A stretch of 43,037 bases of DNA from Bacteroidia bacterium (GTDB lineage Bacteria; Bacteroidota; Bacteroidia; B-17B0; Aurantibacillaceae). The position numbers were made by a program, and so were the translations under genes. Positions 15,289 to 24,841 of the stretch are shown in pieces. Location: assembly GCA_035567575.1 (NCBI GenBank), contig DATMPR010000378.1, forward strand, positions 1 through 43,037, read 5' to 3'. Each line of letters begins with the position of its first letter. Position 1 is the first letter of the stretch. The notes under the pieces are model-generated. The model saw nothing but the letters and a program-made list of their open reading frames with translations. It had not been told where the DNA came from and ran no database searches.

Positions 15289-17181
15289 ATGTGCGGAATA
15301 ACCGGCATATTTAACATTAACGGTACTGCAGTATCAGCTTCAGTTTTAAAAAACATGACTGATAAAATTGCTCATCGCGGTCCTGACAGTGAAGGAATTT
15401 TTATTAACGAAAATATTGGACTCGGTCATCGTCGCCTGGCAATTTTAGATACTTCACGTCTTGGCGGTCAGCCAATGTTTTCAAAAAATGGAGAATGGGC
15501 AGTTATTTTTAATGGTTGTATTTATAATTATCCCGAATTAAAATCTGAATTAAAATCGAGAGGACATTCATTTGTTTCAACAACAGATACAGAAGTTATA
15601 ACGGAAGGCCTCGCAGCTTATGGAATTTCTTTTTTTGAAAGATTCGATGGTATGTTTGCAATTGCAGCGTGGCATGAGCCAAGCAAAACATTGTATTTAA
15701 GCCGCGACCGTTATGGCATTAAACCTTTATATTATTGGCTGAATGGTAAAACGGTTTTATTCTCTTCGGAAATAAAAGCTTTTATGGCTCATCCTGATTT
15801 CAAAGTTGAAGTAAATAAAGCGGCTCTAAACGAATATTTTACTTTCCAAAATCTTTTTTCTTACCAAACACTTTTTAAAGATGTGATAATGTTACCGCCT
15901 GCTAATACTGTAAAGGTAGACACAAGCAGTGTAACAGCAATAAAACATAGTTCGTGGTGGAATTATGATTTTTCGGAAACCGATGAAAGCATGAGTTTCG
16001 AAGATGCCAAAATGGAAACCGAGCGCTTATTAAAAAATGCAGTTAAAAAGCAGATGATATCGGATGTTCCTGTTGGTTCTTATTTATCAGGAGGAATGGA
16101 TTCTGGTTCTTTAACTGCTATTGCAAGTAAACATGTAAACCGCTTAACAACATTTACAGCAGGATTCGATATGTCTTCAGTAACCGGTGTTGAAGCAAAT
16201 TACGATGAACGTCGTGATGCTGAGTTAATGGCTAATTATTTTAAAACTGAACATTATGAGCAAGTAATAAATGCGGGCGATCTCGCTTGGTCATTACCAA
16301 GAGTTGTTTGGCATTTAGAAGATCTTCGTGTTGGAATGAGTTACCCGAATTATTATATAAGTCGTTTAGCTTCAAAATTTGTGAAGGTTTGTTTACAAGG
16401 AACCGGTGGAGACGAATTATACGGTGGTTACCCATGGAGATATTATAGGATTTTTCAATCTTTAGATCAAAGGTCTTTTTTCGATAATTATTATAGTTTC
16501 TGGCAAAGATTGGTTTCGGATAGCGATAAAAAAAATATTTTTAACCAGGATTTATATTCGGGAATTGACATTGATGAACCGCGTAAAGTATTTGAACGTG
16601 TATTTACTTTTAATAAGAAATTGAAATATGAAACACCTGAACAACATATTAATAATAGTTTGTATTTCGAAATAAAAACCTTTTTACCCGGCTTACTTTT
16701 AGTAGGTGATAAATTATCAATGGCAAATGGTTTGGAAGAAAGGTTTCCATTTTTGGATAATGATCTGGTAAATTTTGCCCAGAAAATTCCTGTTCGTCAT
16801 AAATTAGGAAACTTACAAAACATGAAAAAACTGGATGAAAATATGTCATCTAAACGCGATAAGTATAAAGAGTTTGATGATGGGAAAAATGTTTTAAGAA
16901 AAGCTATGCTCGACTTTATTCCTGAATCAATTGTAAATAGAAAAAAGCAAGGTTTTTCAGCACCCGACGAAAGCTGGTATAGAGGTGAGAATGCAGACTA
17001 TGTAAAGGAACTTTTGTTAAATAAAAAAACCATCTCATCGGAATTCATAAATCCAGATTTTACCAAAAAAATTATTGATGAACATGTTAATCATCGTGTT
17101 AATCATCGCTTATTGATTTGGTCCTTGATGAATTTTGAATGGTGGTGTCGTTTATTTTTAAACGGAGAAAAAATCTCATAG
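15289..17181 (+). CDS. asnB: Asparagine synthase-like glutamine-hydrolysing amidotransferase (paralogue 1)
   Basis: 630-aa ORF with the N-terminal nucleophile MCGITGIF. Further blocks are HRGPD, GHRRLAILD, FNGCIYNY and TDTEV, plus the PP-loop SGGMDSGS. Confidence 0.9.
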   Translation: MCGITGIFNINGTAVSASVLKNMTDKIAHRGPDSEGIFINENIGLGHRRLAILDTSRLGGQPMFSKNGEWAVIFNGCIYNYPELKSELKSRGHSFVSTTDTEVITEGLAAYGISFFERFDGMFAIAAWHEPSKTLYLSRDRYGIKPLYYWLNGKTVLFSSEIKAFMAHPDFKVEVNKAALNEYFTFQNLFSYQTLFKDVIMLPPANTVKVDTSSVTAIKHSSWWNYDFSETDESMSFEDAKMETERLLKNAVKKQMISDVPVGSYLSGGMDSGSLTAIASKHVNRLTTFTAGFDMSSVTGVEANYDERRDAELMANYFKTEHYEQVINAGDLAWSLPRVVWHLEDLRVGMSYPNYYISRLASKFVKVCLQGTGGDELYGGYPWRYYRIFQSLDQRSFFDNYYSFWQRLVSDSDKKNIFNQDLYSGIDIDEPRKVFERVFTFNKKLKYETPEQHINNSLYFEIKTFLPGLLLVGDKLSMANGLEERFPFLDNDLVNFAQKIPVRHKLGNLQNMKKLDENMSSKRDKYKEFDDGKNVLRKAMLDFIPESIVNRKKQGFSAPDESWYRGENADYVKELLLNKKTISSEFINPDFTKKIIDEHVNHRVNHRLLIWSLMNFEWWCRLFLNGEKIS

Positions 17182-18239
17182 AAATCGTGAAAATTAAGAT
17201 ATTAAATAGTTCTTTGGAAAAACAATACAGTGATTTTTTATTACAGTATCCTGAAACTTTATTATATACTTCCAATAAATACCGTTTACTTTTGAAACAA
17301 TTTTTGAAAGAAGAAGATATTTATTTAATGGCCATTGATGATAAGGATGAAGTTAAAGGGGTCTTACCTGCCTTTCTAAAGAAAAATGGGGGGTTTGGAA
17401 ATGTTTTGAATTCAATTCCATTTTACGGAAGCAATGGAGGAGTTGTTGAATTTGAAAATAATGAAAGCGTAAGGAATTTATTAATAGAGGAATTTTATAA
17501 ATTGGCTAAACAATACAATTGCGTTTCAACAACACTTATTTCTTCACCGCTTTATCCAATGGAAGATTTTTTTGAAAAAACGACAGATTATACGTTAAAG
17601 GATTCGCGCATAGGTCAATTGACTCGATTGCCTGAATTTTCGGATGATGTGGATGGAAGTGTGATGAAGATCATACATTATAAAACCAGAAATCTGATCA
17701 GAAAAGCTCAAAAAATGGAAATTTCATTTAGTGATGAATCCGGAAAAGGATATCTGGACTTTTTGATTGAAACCCATCAGGAGAATTTAGCTGCAATTGG
17801 AGGAATTTCAAAACCGGAAATTTTTTTCCGGCTGATCCCTGAAATATTTATTTACGGCAGCGACTACAAAATATATCATGCTAAAAAAGATGGGAAATTG
17901 ATCGCAGCACTTTTGGTTTTCTATTATAACAAAACGGTTGAATATTATACTCCGGTTATCAAAGCTGAATTCAGAAACTCCCAGCCCATGAGTTTGCTTA
18001 TTTTTGAAGCGATGAAAAATGCGGTTGTTGCAGGTTATAATTGGTGGAATTGGGGTGGAACATGGGCTTCGCAAGGCGGTGTTTATCAATTTAAAAGCGG
18101 ATGGGGAACTCAGGATAAAATGTATTATTATTACACCAAAATATTCAGCGATTCTATTTTAAATAAAACAAAAGAACAATTGCTGAGCGAGTATCCTTAT
18201 TTTTTTGTTGCCCCGTTTAATGTACTTAAACCCAGTTAA
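17139..18239 (+). CDS. FemAB-like / GNAT-fold (aminoacyl- or acyl-) transferase
   Basis: 366-aa ORF whose C-terminal block YQFKSGWG resembles the FemX/FemAB FK.GFG motif. The size and two-lobed pattern also fit. The start is uncertain: ATG 17139 overlaps asnB-1 by 43 nt, while an in-frame GTG at 17187 lies 5 nt after its stop. Confidence 0.5.
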   Translation: MVVSFIFKRRKNLIEIVKIKILNSSLEKQYSDFLLQYPETLLYTSNKYRLLLKQFLKEEDIYLMAIDDKDEVKGVLPAFLKKNGGFGNVLNSIPFYGSNGGVVEFENNESVRNLLIEEFYKLAKQYNCVSTTLISSPLYPMEDFFEKTTDYTLKDSRIGQLTRLPEFSDDVDGSVMKIIHYKTRNLIRKAQKMEISFSDESGKGYLDFLIETHQENLAAIGGISKPEIFFRLIPEIFIYGSDYKIYHAKKDGKLIAALLVFYYNKTVEYYTPVIKAEFRNSQPMSLLIFEAMKNAVVAGYNWWNWGGTWASQGGVYQFKSGWGTQDKMYYYYTKIFSDSILNKTKEQLLSEYPYFFVAPFNVLKPS

Positions 18240-18245
18240 ATTTTT

Positions 18246-19265
18246 ATGATAATAGTTACAGGCGCCACAGGCTTTGTTGGATTCTATTTAGTGAATCAAC
18301 TTAAATCAGAAGGTTTCAAAATTCTTGCTGTTGATATTGGTGGAAAGGAAGAAGCCGATTATTTTAAAAAGAACGGAATTGATTTTGTTCAATTTGATAT
18401 CACAAAGGAAAGTGAATTTGAAAAGCTTCCAAAAACCGGAGTGGATGCTTTTATTAACCTGGCCTGTGTTCAGCCAGCCAACATGCCCGATGAAGTGTAC
18501 GATCCTGCGAAATATGTTAGCGTAAATATTTTAGGTGTCACCAATATTTTCAAATATTGTCAAAAAAATAATATTAAGAAAGTTCTTCATACCATTTCTC
18601 ATCGTAATGTGCAAGGTTTATGGGAAAAAGGCGAAGTTATCAATGAAGAATCTCCTCGAGCAATAAAGTTTACCGGAAAATATTCTATGTTCAGTATTTC
18701 GGAAAGTGCGGCAGCGGATATTATTGAATACTTTAACCAGGATTACGGCATGAATGGAATTATTTTCAGATTGCCTTCAGTTTATGGCTACGGACATCAC
18801 GAAAGTTTTTTTAAAGACGGAAAAGTTGTAAAAACCGGGTTAGGTGTTTTTATTGATAATGCAATTAACGGTGAAACATTTGAAATTTGGGGAGATAAAA
18901 ATAAAGGCAGGGATGTAGTTTATGTGAAAGACGTAGTGTCTGCTATTGTTCTTGCTTTAAAAAGTAAACAAGCCAAAGGCATGTATAATATTGCTTCCGG
19001 AAAAAAATTATCACTTCAGCAGCAAGTGGATGATGTAATAAAAGTTTTTTCGCCGAAAGATAAGCCTAGTAAAATTGTTTATTTGCCCGAAAAACCAAAC
19101 TCTGTAGACCCTTGCGTTTATGATATCAGTAAAGCTAAACGTGAATTGGGTTGGGAACCAAAATATTCTTTTGTTGATATTTTAGCGGATTATAAAAAAG
19201 AAATGGAAAGTGGTAAATGGGAATTTTTATTGAAACGCAAAAAAAGAATGGTAAACGAAAATTAA
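18246..19265 (+). CDS. Extended-SDR family protein with an atypical (apparently degenerate) catalytic motif
   Basis: The Rossmann motif VTGATGFVG is present. At the expected YxxxK position the sequence is FSISE (18690-18704), and HTISH replaces the usual SS(S/T)xxYG block. Confidence 0.65.
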   Translation: MIIVTGATGFVGFYLVNQLKSEGFKILAVDIGGKEEADYFKKNGIDFVQFDITKESEFEKLPKTGVDAFINLACVQPANMPDEVYDPAKYVSVNILGVTNIFKYCQKNNIKKVLHTISHRNVQGLWEKGEVINEESPRAIKFTGKYSMFSISESAAADIIEYFNQDYGMNGIIFRLPSVYGYGHHESFFKDGKVVKTGLGVFIDNAINGETFEIWGDKNKGRDVVYVKDVVSAIVLALKSKQAKGMYNIASGKKLSLQQQVDDVIKVFSPKDKPSKIVYLPEKPNSVDPCVYDISKAKRELGWEPKYSFVDILADYKKEMESGKWEFLLKRKKRMVNEN

Positions 19266-19283
19266 ATTTAAAAAATAGAGTAT

Positions 19284-19868
19284 ATGATAAATCACAACAT
19301 TCCAAAAGATTTCCCCGGTAACGAATTTATGGCGGATAACGTTCGCTCGCTTTTGAAAAAATGTGGACCGAATACAAAATTATTTCCGCTTGCAAAATTA
19401 TGCAAGCCGGATGTAATAGAAATTGGTGATTGGGTACGCGTACATGATTTTGTTTTTATGTGGGGTGGCCTTGGTATTAAAATTGGCAACTACAACGACA
19501 TCCAACCTTTTGTAAATATTTGGGGCGGCGGCGAGTTAATTATGGGAGATTATATTTCAATCGGAGGCGGTTCACAATTACTTACTGCAACTTATGATTA
19601 TAAAGGGTATAGAATGGTGGATGGTTTACCTGAAGATCACACCAATACCTTATTTGGAAAACTGGTTATTGAAAATGATGTTTACGTTGGTGTAAATTGT
19701 ACCATAATGCCAAACGTAACCATTGGAGAAGGAGCTGTTATTGGCGGCGGGAGTTTTGTTAATAAAGATATTGAGCCATGGAGCATTAATGTAGGAAGTC
19801 CGGCAAAAAAAATTGGCGAACGTCCGCGTTTAAAAGACCATATTAAAAACTGGAAAGGAATGCTTTAA
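19284..19868 (+). CDS. Left-handed beta-helix (hexapeptide-repeat) acetyltransferase
   Basis: 194-aa ORF with hexapeptide periodicity: VYVGVNCTIMPNVTIGEGAVIGGGSFVNKDIEPWSINVGSPAKKI. Confidence 0.75.
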   Translation: MINHNIPKDFPGNEFMADNVRSLLKKCGPNTKLFPLAKLCKPDVIEIGDWVRVHDFVFMWGGLGIKIGNYNDIQPFVNIWGGGELIMGDYISIGGGSQLLTATYDYKGYRMVDGLPEDHTNTLFGKLVIENDVYVGVNCTIMPNVTIGEGAVIGGGSFVNKDIEPWSINVGSPAKKIGERPRLKDHIKNWKGML

Positions 19869-19888
19869 TATAAATTAATTTTTTACGA

Positions 19889-20596
19889 ATGAATATTTTG
19901 ACATTTGACATTGATTGGGCCCCTGAAAAGGTTATTGAGGATGTAATAAATTTATTAAGTACATACAATATAAAGGCAACATTTTTTGCAACGCATGAAT
20001 CAGAAATTTTAAAAAAGATTGAGAAAGAAGGAATTCATGAAATGGGAATTCACCCAAATTTTAATCCATTACTGTTGGGACAGGGGGGAAATTATCAAAA
20101 AAAAATAGATGATTTATTGAAAATTTATCCTTCAGCTGTTGGTTTTCGAGCTCATTCATTAACTCATTCATGTCCTATATTACTTTATTGTTTAGAGAAA
20201 GGAATAAAATATGATTCTAATATTTACATTCCTTTCGGTAAAGAGTTGAAGGCTTTTAATTATTTTGGATTGATGAGAATCCCTTATAATTGGGAAGATG
20301 ACGGACAATGGGTTTCAGGAAAATCATTTAGCGATATTGGTTTAAAATTAGATGCCGAATTAAATATCTTTAGTTTTCATCCCATTCATGTTTATTTGAA
20401 TACCTACGACCAAGCCATGTACGATAATGTAAAACAATTTTACCAGATGCCCGATGAGCTATTAAAAAACAGGAATAAAAGCATTCCTGGAACCAGAGAC
20501 TTACTTTTGTTTTTATTAAAGAAATTCGCAGAGGACGGATCACGCGTGCCTACTTTAAAGGAATATTATAATCACATTAAGGAAGATATTGAATAG
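19889..20596 (+). CDS. Divergent polysaccharide deacetylase-like (CE4/NodB-fold, WbmS-like) protein
   Basis: 235-aa ORF. TFDIDW resembles NodB motif 1, and HEMGIHPNF resembles the His-His metal motif. Confidence 0.5.
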   Translation: MNILTFDIDWAPEKVIEDVINLLSTYNIKATFFATHESEILKKIEKEGIHEMGIHPNFNPLLLGQGGNYQKKIDDLLKIYPSAVGFRAHSLTHSCPILLYCLEKGIKYDSNIYIPFGKELKAFNYFGLMRIPYNWEDDGQWVSGKSFSDIGLKLDAELNIFSFHPIHVYLNTYDQAMYDNVKQFYQMPDELLKNRNKSIPGTRDLLLFLLKKFAEDGSRVPTLKEYYNHIKEDIE

Positions 20597-20623
20597 TTTT
20601 TACTCTGAAGAAATTGAACTAAT

Positions 20624-21976
20624 ATGAAAACAGTGACGATAATAGGCGGCGGCGCAAGCGGCATGTTAACTGTAGTGAATATTATTAAAATGTCTACAAA
20701 ACCAACGACTATTAATATTATCGAACCTAATTCAATTGGACTCGGAATGGCTTTTAATGTAGATAGTATGAATTTGTTATTAAATGTCCCTGCCATTAGA
20801 ATGAGCTGTATTTCTACGGAACCAAAACATTTTATTAATTGGATAGCTGAGAAACAATTATCTTATGGAGAAAAAGATTTTGTGCCAAGAAAAATATATG
20901 GTCAATACCTTTCCGATACATATAACAAATTTGTTAAATCAAATAAACTAGTAAGCGTAGATCATATTAAGGATCTTGCAGTGGATATAGTTTTAGAAAA
21001 TGATTCCTATTATGTAGAAACAAAAGCCGGTAAGAACATAAAGTCAGATAAGGTTGTGCTTGCTCTTGGAAATTACCCCCCAAATCATCCTAAAACAAAA
21101 TCTTTAGGTTATATTAATAGTCCTTTATATATTTCAAATCCTTTAAATAATAATTCTTTAGATGGATTAGGTCCGGATATTAAAAATGTTTTTGTATTGG
21201 GGACAGGTTTAACTGCCGTTGATTCAATAATTTTAGTTCGCCAAAAATATCCTAAATCGAATATCATTGCTTTTTCGAACCACGGGTATTTGCCTGTCCA
21301 ACATAATTTGTCTCAAACTTACCCTTCATTTTATGATGAGTTAAAAGGAGTAAAAACAACTTTGGAAATTTTTAAAACAGTAAATAAGCATATTAAAATA
21401 GCTGCGAGCCAACAAATAGATTACAAAGCGGTTACTGATTCGATACGACCTTATACTCAGGAAATATGGAATAATCTTCCCGACGAAGAAAAACTTGCTT
21501 TTCTCCGTCACTTACGTCACATATGGGGAGTGGCGAGGCATCGGATGCCATACGAATCGTCTAATTATATTTACGAATTAATAAACTTTGGTAAAATAAA
21601 ATTGTTCAGTGGAAAAGTGAAGGAGATAGTTGAAGAAAATAAGCACCTGAATATTACTTTGCAAATAGGAAAAAAGCAAATAGAAGAAACTTTTAGCGTA
21701 GATTGTTTGTTGAATTGTACCGGTCCTCAAACCGATTATGAAAAAATCGATAATGAATTGGTAAAAAACATTTTGCAAAAAGGGATAATTCAAACCGATA
21801 AAATTAAATACGGAATTAATACAGATCAAAACGGAGCGATTATCAATAAAGAAAACGAGGTTTCTCAAAAAATTTATACCATTGGTCCGCCAATGAAAGG
21901 AATTTTGTGGGAATGTGTCGCGATACCCGAAATTAAAATGCAGGCGTATAAGCTTGCCGAAAAATTAACCGAATAA
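20624..21976 (+). CDS. FAD/NAD(P)-binding two-Rossmann flavoprotein of unknown function (YdhS-like)
   Basis: 450-aa ORF with an N-terminal TIIGGGASGML and a second dinucleotide motif VFVLGTGLTAVDS. The block HLRHIWGVARHRMP is one I recall from YdhS/PF13454-type proteins. Confidence 0.6.
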   Translation: MKTVTIIGGGASGMLTVVNIIKMSTKPTTINIIEPNSIGLGMAFNVDSMNLLLNVPAIRMSCISTEPKHFINWIAEKQLSYGEKDFVPRKIYGQYLSDTYNKFVKSNKLVSVDHIKDLAVDIVLENDSYYVETKAGKNIKSDKVVLALGNYPPNHPKTKSLGYINSPLYISNPLNNNSLDGLGPDIKNVFVLGTGLTAVDSIILVRQKYPKSNIIAFSNHGYLPVQHNLSQTYPSFYDELKGVKTTLEIFKTVNKHIKIAASQQIDYKAVTDSIRPYTQEIWNNLPDEEKLAFLRHLRHIWGVARHRMPYESSNYIYELINFGKIKLFSGKVKEIVEENKHLNITLQIGKKQIEETFSVDCLLNCTGPQTDYEKIDNELVKNILQKGIIQTDKIKYGINTDQNGAIINKENEVSQKIYTIGPPMKGILWECVAIPEIKMQAYKLAEKLTE

Positions 21977-22833
21977 TGTTTAAAAAGAATAAAATGCAAC
22001 AAACAAAAAAAGATAGCTTAGTAAATAATAAATTTTTTATTTCCGGTTGCGGTAGAAGCGGAACAACCGCAATGGCTAAAATTTTAAATACTGCATCAAA
22101 TGCCGAAGTTTTTGTTGAACAAGAACCAAAGTTATGTATTGAGTCCCGGGATGCTTATAAAGGTATGCTCTCTGATCCAACTGAAACCTTAAGGAACTTA
22201 AAGGAAAAACATATCGATGAAACAATTAATAAGGGATTAATATTTGGTGATAAGAATCAAAATTATTTACCTTTTATTCCATACCTCGAGAAATTATGGA
22301 AACCAAAATATATTTTTATGATTCGGGATGGCCGTGATATTATTCGATCCGGAATTGACAATCGTAAATTTATGAAAAGAGGAGGGATTTTTTCAATGAA
22401 TGAGGATGATGTTAATTCAACTGTTACCGCTAAAGAAGATTGGTGGGATTATAGCAGACTAAGACCTAATATTGGCACAGAATACCATGAAGTTTGGCAG
22501 AGCATGGATATTTTTGAAAAGTATTGTTGGTTTTGGAATGAATACAATGAAGTTCTATTGGAAAATCTTAAAAAAATAGAATCCGAAAGATACATGCTAA
22601 TAGATATTTCATCTCTTACTAAAGAAAAATGCAAAGAGGTTTTTGATTTTTTAGGATTAGAAGGTTTTGATCCTGAGAAGATCGAAAACTTGATCTCTTC
22701 TAAAGTTAATTCTCTCGAAGAAAAAACCGGTAAAGAGCATGTCTTTCCTCACTGGAAGGATTGGTCGGCTGAACAAAATAATATTTTTAATAAGCACTGT
22801 GGTGTGATGATGAAAAAACTGGGGTACTTATGA
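21976..22833 (+). CDS. PAPS-dependent sulfotransferase
   Basis: 285-aa ORF. It has the 5'-PSB-like loop FISGCGRSGTTAMAKIL and the 3'-PB-like FMIRDGRDIIRS. Its start overlaps the upstream stop (TAATG). Confidence 0.8.
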   Translation: MFKKNKMQQTKKDSLVNNKFFISGCGRSGTTAMAKILNTASNAEVFVEQEPKLCIESRDAYKGMLSDPTETLRNLKEKHIDETINKGLIFGDKNQNYLPFIPYLEKLWKPKYIFMIRDGRDIIRSGIDNRKFMKRGGIFSMNEDDVNSTVTAKEDWWDYSRLRPNIGTEYHEVWQSMDIFEKYCWFWNEYNEVLLENLKKIESERYMLIDISSLTKEKCKEVFDFLGLEGFDPEKIENLISSKVNSLEEKTGKEHVFPHWKDWSAEQNNIFNKHCGVMMKKLGYL

Positions 22834-22855
22834 TTTCTGAATTTTATAAATTATA

Positions 22856-24175
22856 ATGAAAAGAAAATATCACCTTTTGCTGTTTGAAGCTATTATTTTT
22901 TATGGTATTTCCATCTATTGGTTTTTCATAAGAAAGAAATTAGTTAATAGCAGGAAGTATGATTCAAAACCGAGATTGTTTTTTGGCCCTACTCCAATTA
23001 TAAATAACAAATATTGGTCTCATTCTCTTATTGAATTAGGTTATACAAGTAAAACGGTAATGAATGGTGTTTATTCTATAAATAATAAAGAAGATTTTGA
23101 TCTGTATTTCGATGAAATTTATGATCCATGGGGTAACTGGAAGTACAGGAAAGTAGCAGATTATTTAAAAATATGGCAGGGCTACAAACTGCTGGATTAT
23201 GCTCTAAAGAATTTTGACATTTTTCATATTCCATATGACGGAATTTTTTTACCAAACTCTATTTTTTGGAAAAAAGAAGCTCTAATCTTAAAAAAATATG
23301 GATGTAAAATTGTCACTATCCCGTATGGCGGAGATTTTTATGTGTATTCAAAGTTAAGAAGTCATTCTCGGCATCATACTTTTTTAATGAGTTACCCTGA
23401 AAAAGCTGATCAGGAAGATTCAATTAACGAAAGAGTTAGTCATTGGAATAAATATTCGGATTGTATTATTGTATCTAGAGCTATAGACAGTATCCCTAAA
23501 TGGGATATTCTAACATTTAGTATTCTAAATATTAATACAAAAGAATGGCAATCACAGGGCAAAAGAAAATTTGAAACAGACGGTGTCAATGGGAGTGTTA
23601 AAATAGTTCACGCGCCAAACCATAGGGGTGTAAAGGGTACGGAATTTATTGTTGAAGCAATAAAGGAATTAAAAGCTGAGGGAATTCTTATCGATTTTAT
23701 TTTAATAGAAAAGATGAAGAACTCTGAGGTTAAGAGAATTTTGCAAACTGAAGCTGATATTTTGCTTGAGCAGATAATTATTGGACACGGATTAAATGCC
23801 ATTGAAGGAATGGCTTGTGGTTTACCGGTGATCACGAATCTTGAAGAGGAAGGGTATGCAAATGTTTTCAGGAGATTTTCTTTTTTTAATGAATGTCCCT
23901 TGGTTTCAGCAACTCCTGAAGACATTAAAGAAACCCTTAGATTATTGATAAAAAATCCAGCATTAAGACAAAAGCTGGGAGATGCCGGAAAAGAATATGC
24001 GGAAAAGTATCATTCATATCGATCATCTCAATATATGTTTACTAAAGTTTATGAAAAGATCTGGCATGGAAAGCAAGTTGATCTTATTAACTTATATCAC
24101 CCATTATTTCCCGACAGTTATAATAACCAAAGCCCGAAAGTTCAGCATCCATTGATCGAAAATAAAATAAAGTGA
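22856..24175 (+). CDS. GT-B fold glycosyltransferase with an N-terminal TM anchor
   Basis: 439-aa ORF. The C-terminal half has GT1/GT4-like blocks VHAPNHRGVKGTEFIVEAIKELK and EGMACGLPVITN. It is a paralogue of the 27327..28571 product. Confidence 0.6.
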   Translation: MKRKYHLLLFEAIIFYGISIYWFFIRKKLVNSRKYDSKPRLFFGPTPIINNKYWSHSLIELGYTSKTVMNGVYSINNKEDFDLYFDEIYDPWGNWKYRKVADYLKIWQGYKLLDYALKNFDIFHIPYDGIFLPNSIFWKKEALILKKYGCKIVTIPYGGDFYVYSKLRSHSRHHTFLMSYPEKADQEDSINERVSHWNKYSDCIIVSRAIDSIPKWDILTFSILNINTKEWQSQGKRKFETDGVNGSVKIVHAPNHRGVKGTEFIVEAIKELKAEGILIDFILIEKMKNSEVKRILQTEADILLEQIIIGHGLNAIEGMACGLPVITNLEEEGYANVFRRFSFFNECPLVSATPEDIKETLRLLIKNPALRQKLGDAGKEYAEKYHSYRSSQYMFTKVYEKIWHGKQVDLINLYHPLFPDSYNNQSPKVQHPLIENKIK

Positions 24176-24233
24176 TCTTCAATAAATTGAAATAGAATAA
24201 TGAAATGAATTTTAAAAAATTTAATTTTATATA

Positions 24234-24827
24234 ATGGAAAAGAACGTAATTCCACATTCGCATACGGTTACAAAAAAAATCCGCCAGTTAACGTATAACC
24301 ATAAATCGTTAGTAATATGGTTTACCGGACTATCCGGATCAGGAAAATCTACTCTGGCTGGTAAATTGGAAGAATTTCTTTTTAAAGACGGAATAAAAAC
24401 TTACGTTCTGGATGGTGATAATATTCGCACCGGATTAAATAAGGATTTAAATTTTTCACATGAAGACAGAGTGGAAAATATCAGGCGGATTGGAGAAGTA
24501 TCTAAATTATTTATTGATGCAGGAGTAGTTGTTTTAACTGCATTTATATCACCGTATGAAGCAGATAGGGCAATTGTCAGAAATCTTCTTGGAGAAAGTG
24601 AGTTCATTGAAGTTTTTGTAAAATGTCCGGTAGAAACTTGTGAGCAACGTGACGTAAAGGGCCTTTATAAAAAAGCACGCGCCGGAGAAATTAAAAATTT
24701 TACCGGAATTAATTCGCCTTACGAAGAACCAAAAAATGCGGAGGTTGTTATTGAAACAAATAAATTAAGTCTTGATGAATGTGTTGAAAAAATCAGTCAA
24801 TATATTCTGCCTCGTCTCAAACCTTAA
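24234..24827 (+). CDS. cysC: Adenylyl-sulfate (APS) kinase
   Basis: 197-aa ORF with P-loop [45 protein letters not shown] and [25 protein letters not shown] are canonical CysC blocks. Confidence 0.95.
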   Translation: MEKNVIPHSHTVTKKIRQLTYNHKSLVIWFTGLSGSGKSTLAGKLEEFLFKDGIKTYVLDGDNIRTGLNKDLNFSHEDRVENIRRIGEVSKLFIDAGVVVLTAFISPYEADRAIVRNLLGESEFIEVFVKCPVETCEQRDVKGLYKKARAGEIKNFTGINSPYEEPKNAEVVIETNKLSLDECVEKISQYILPRLKP

Positions 24828-24841
24828 AGAAAACATACGGA

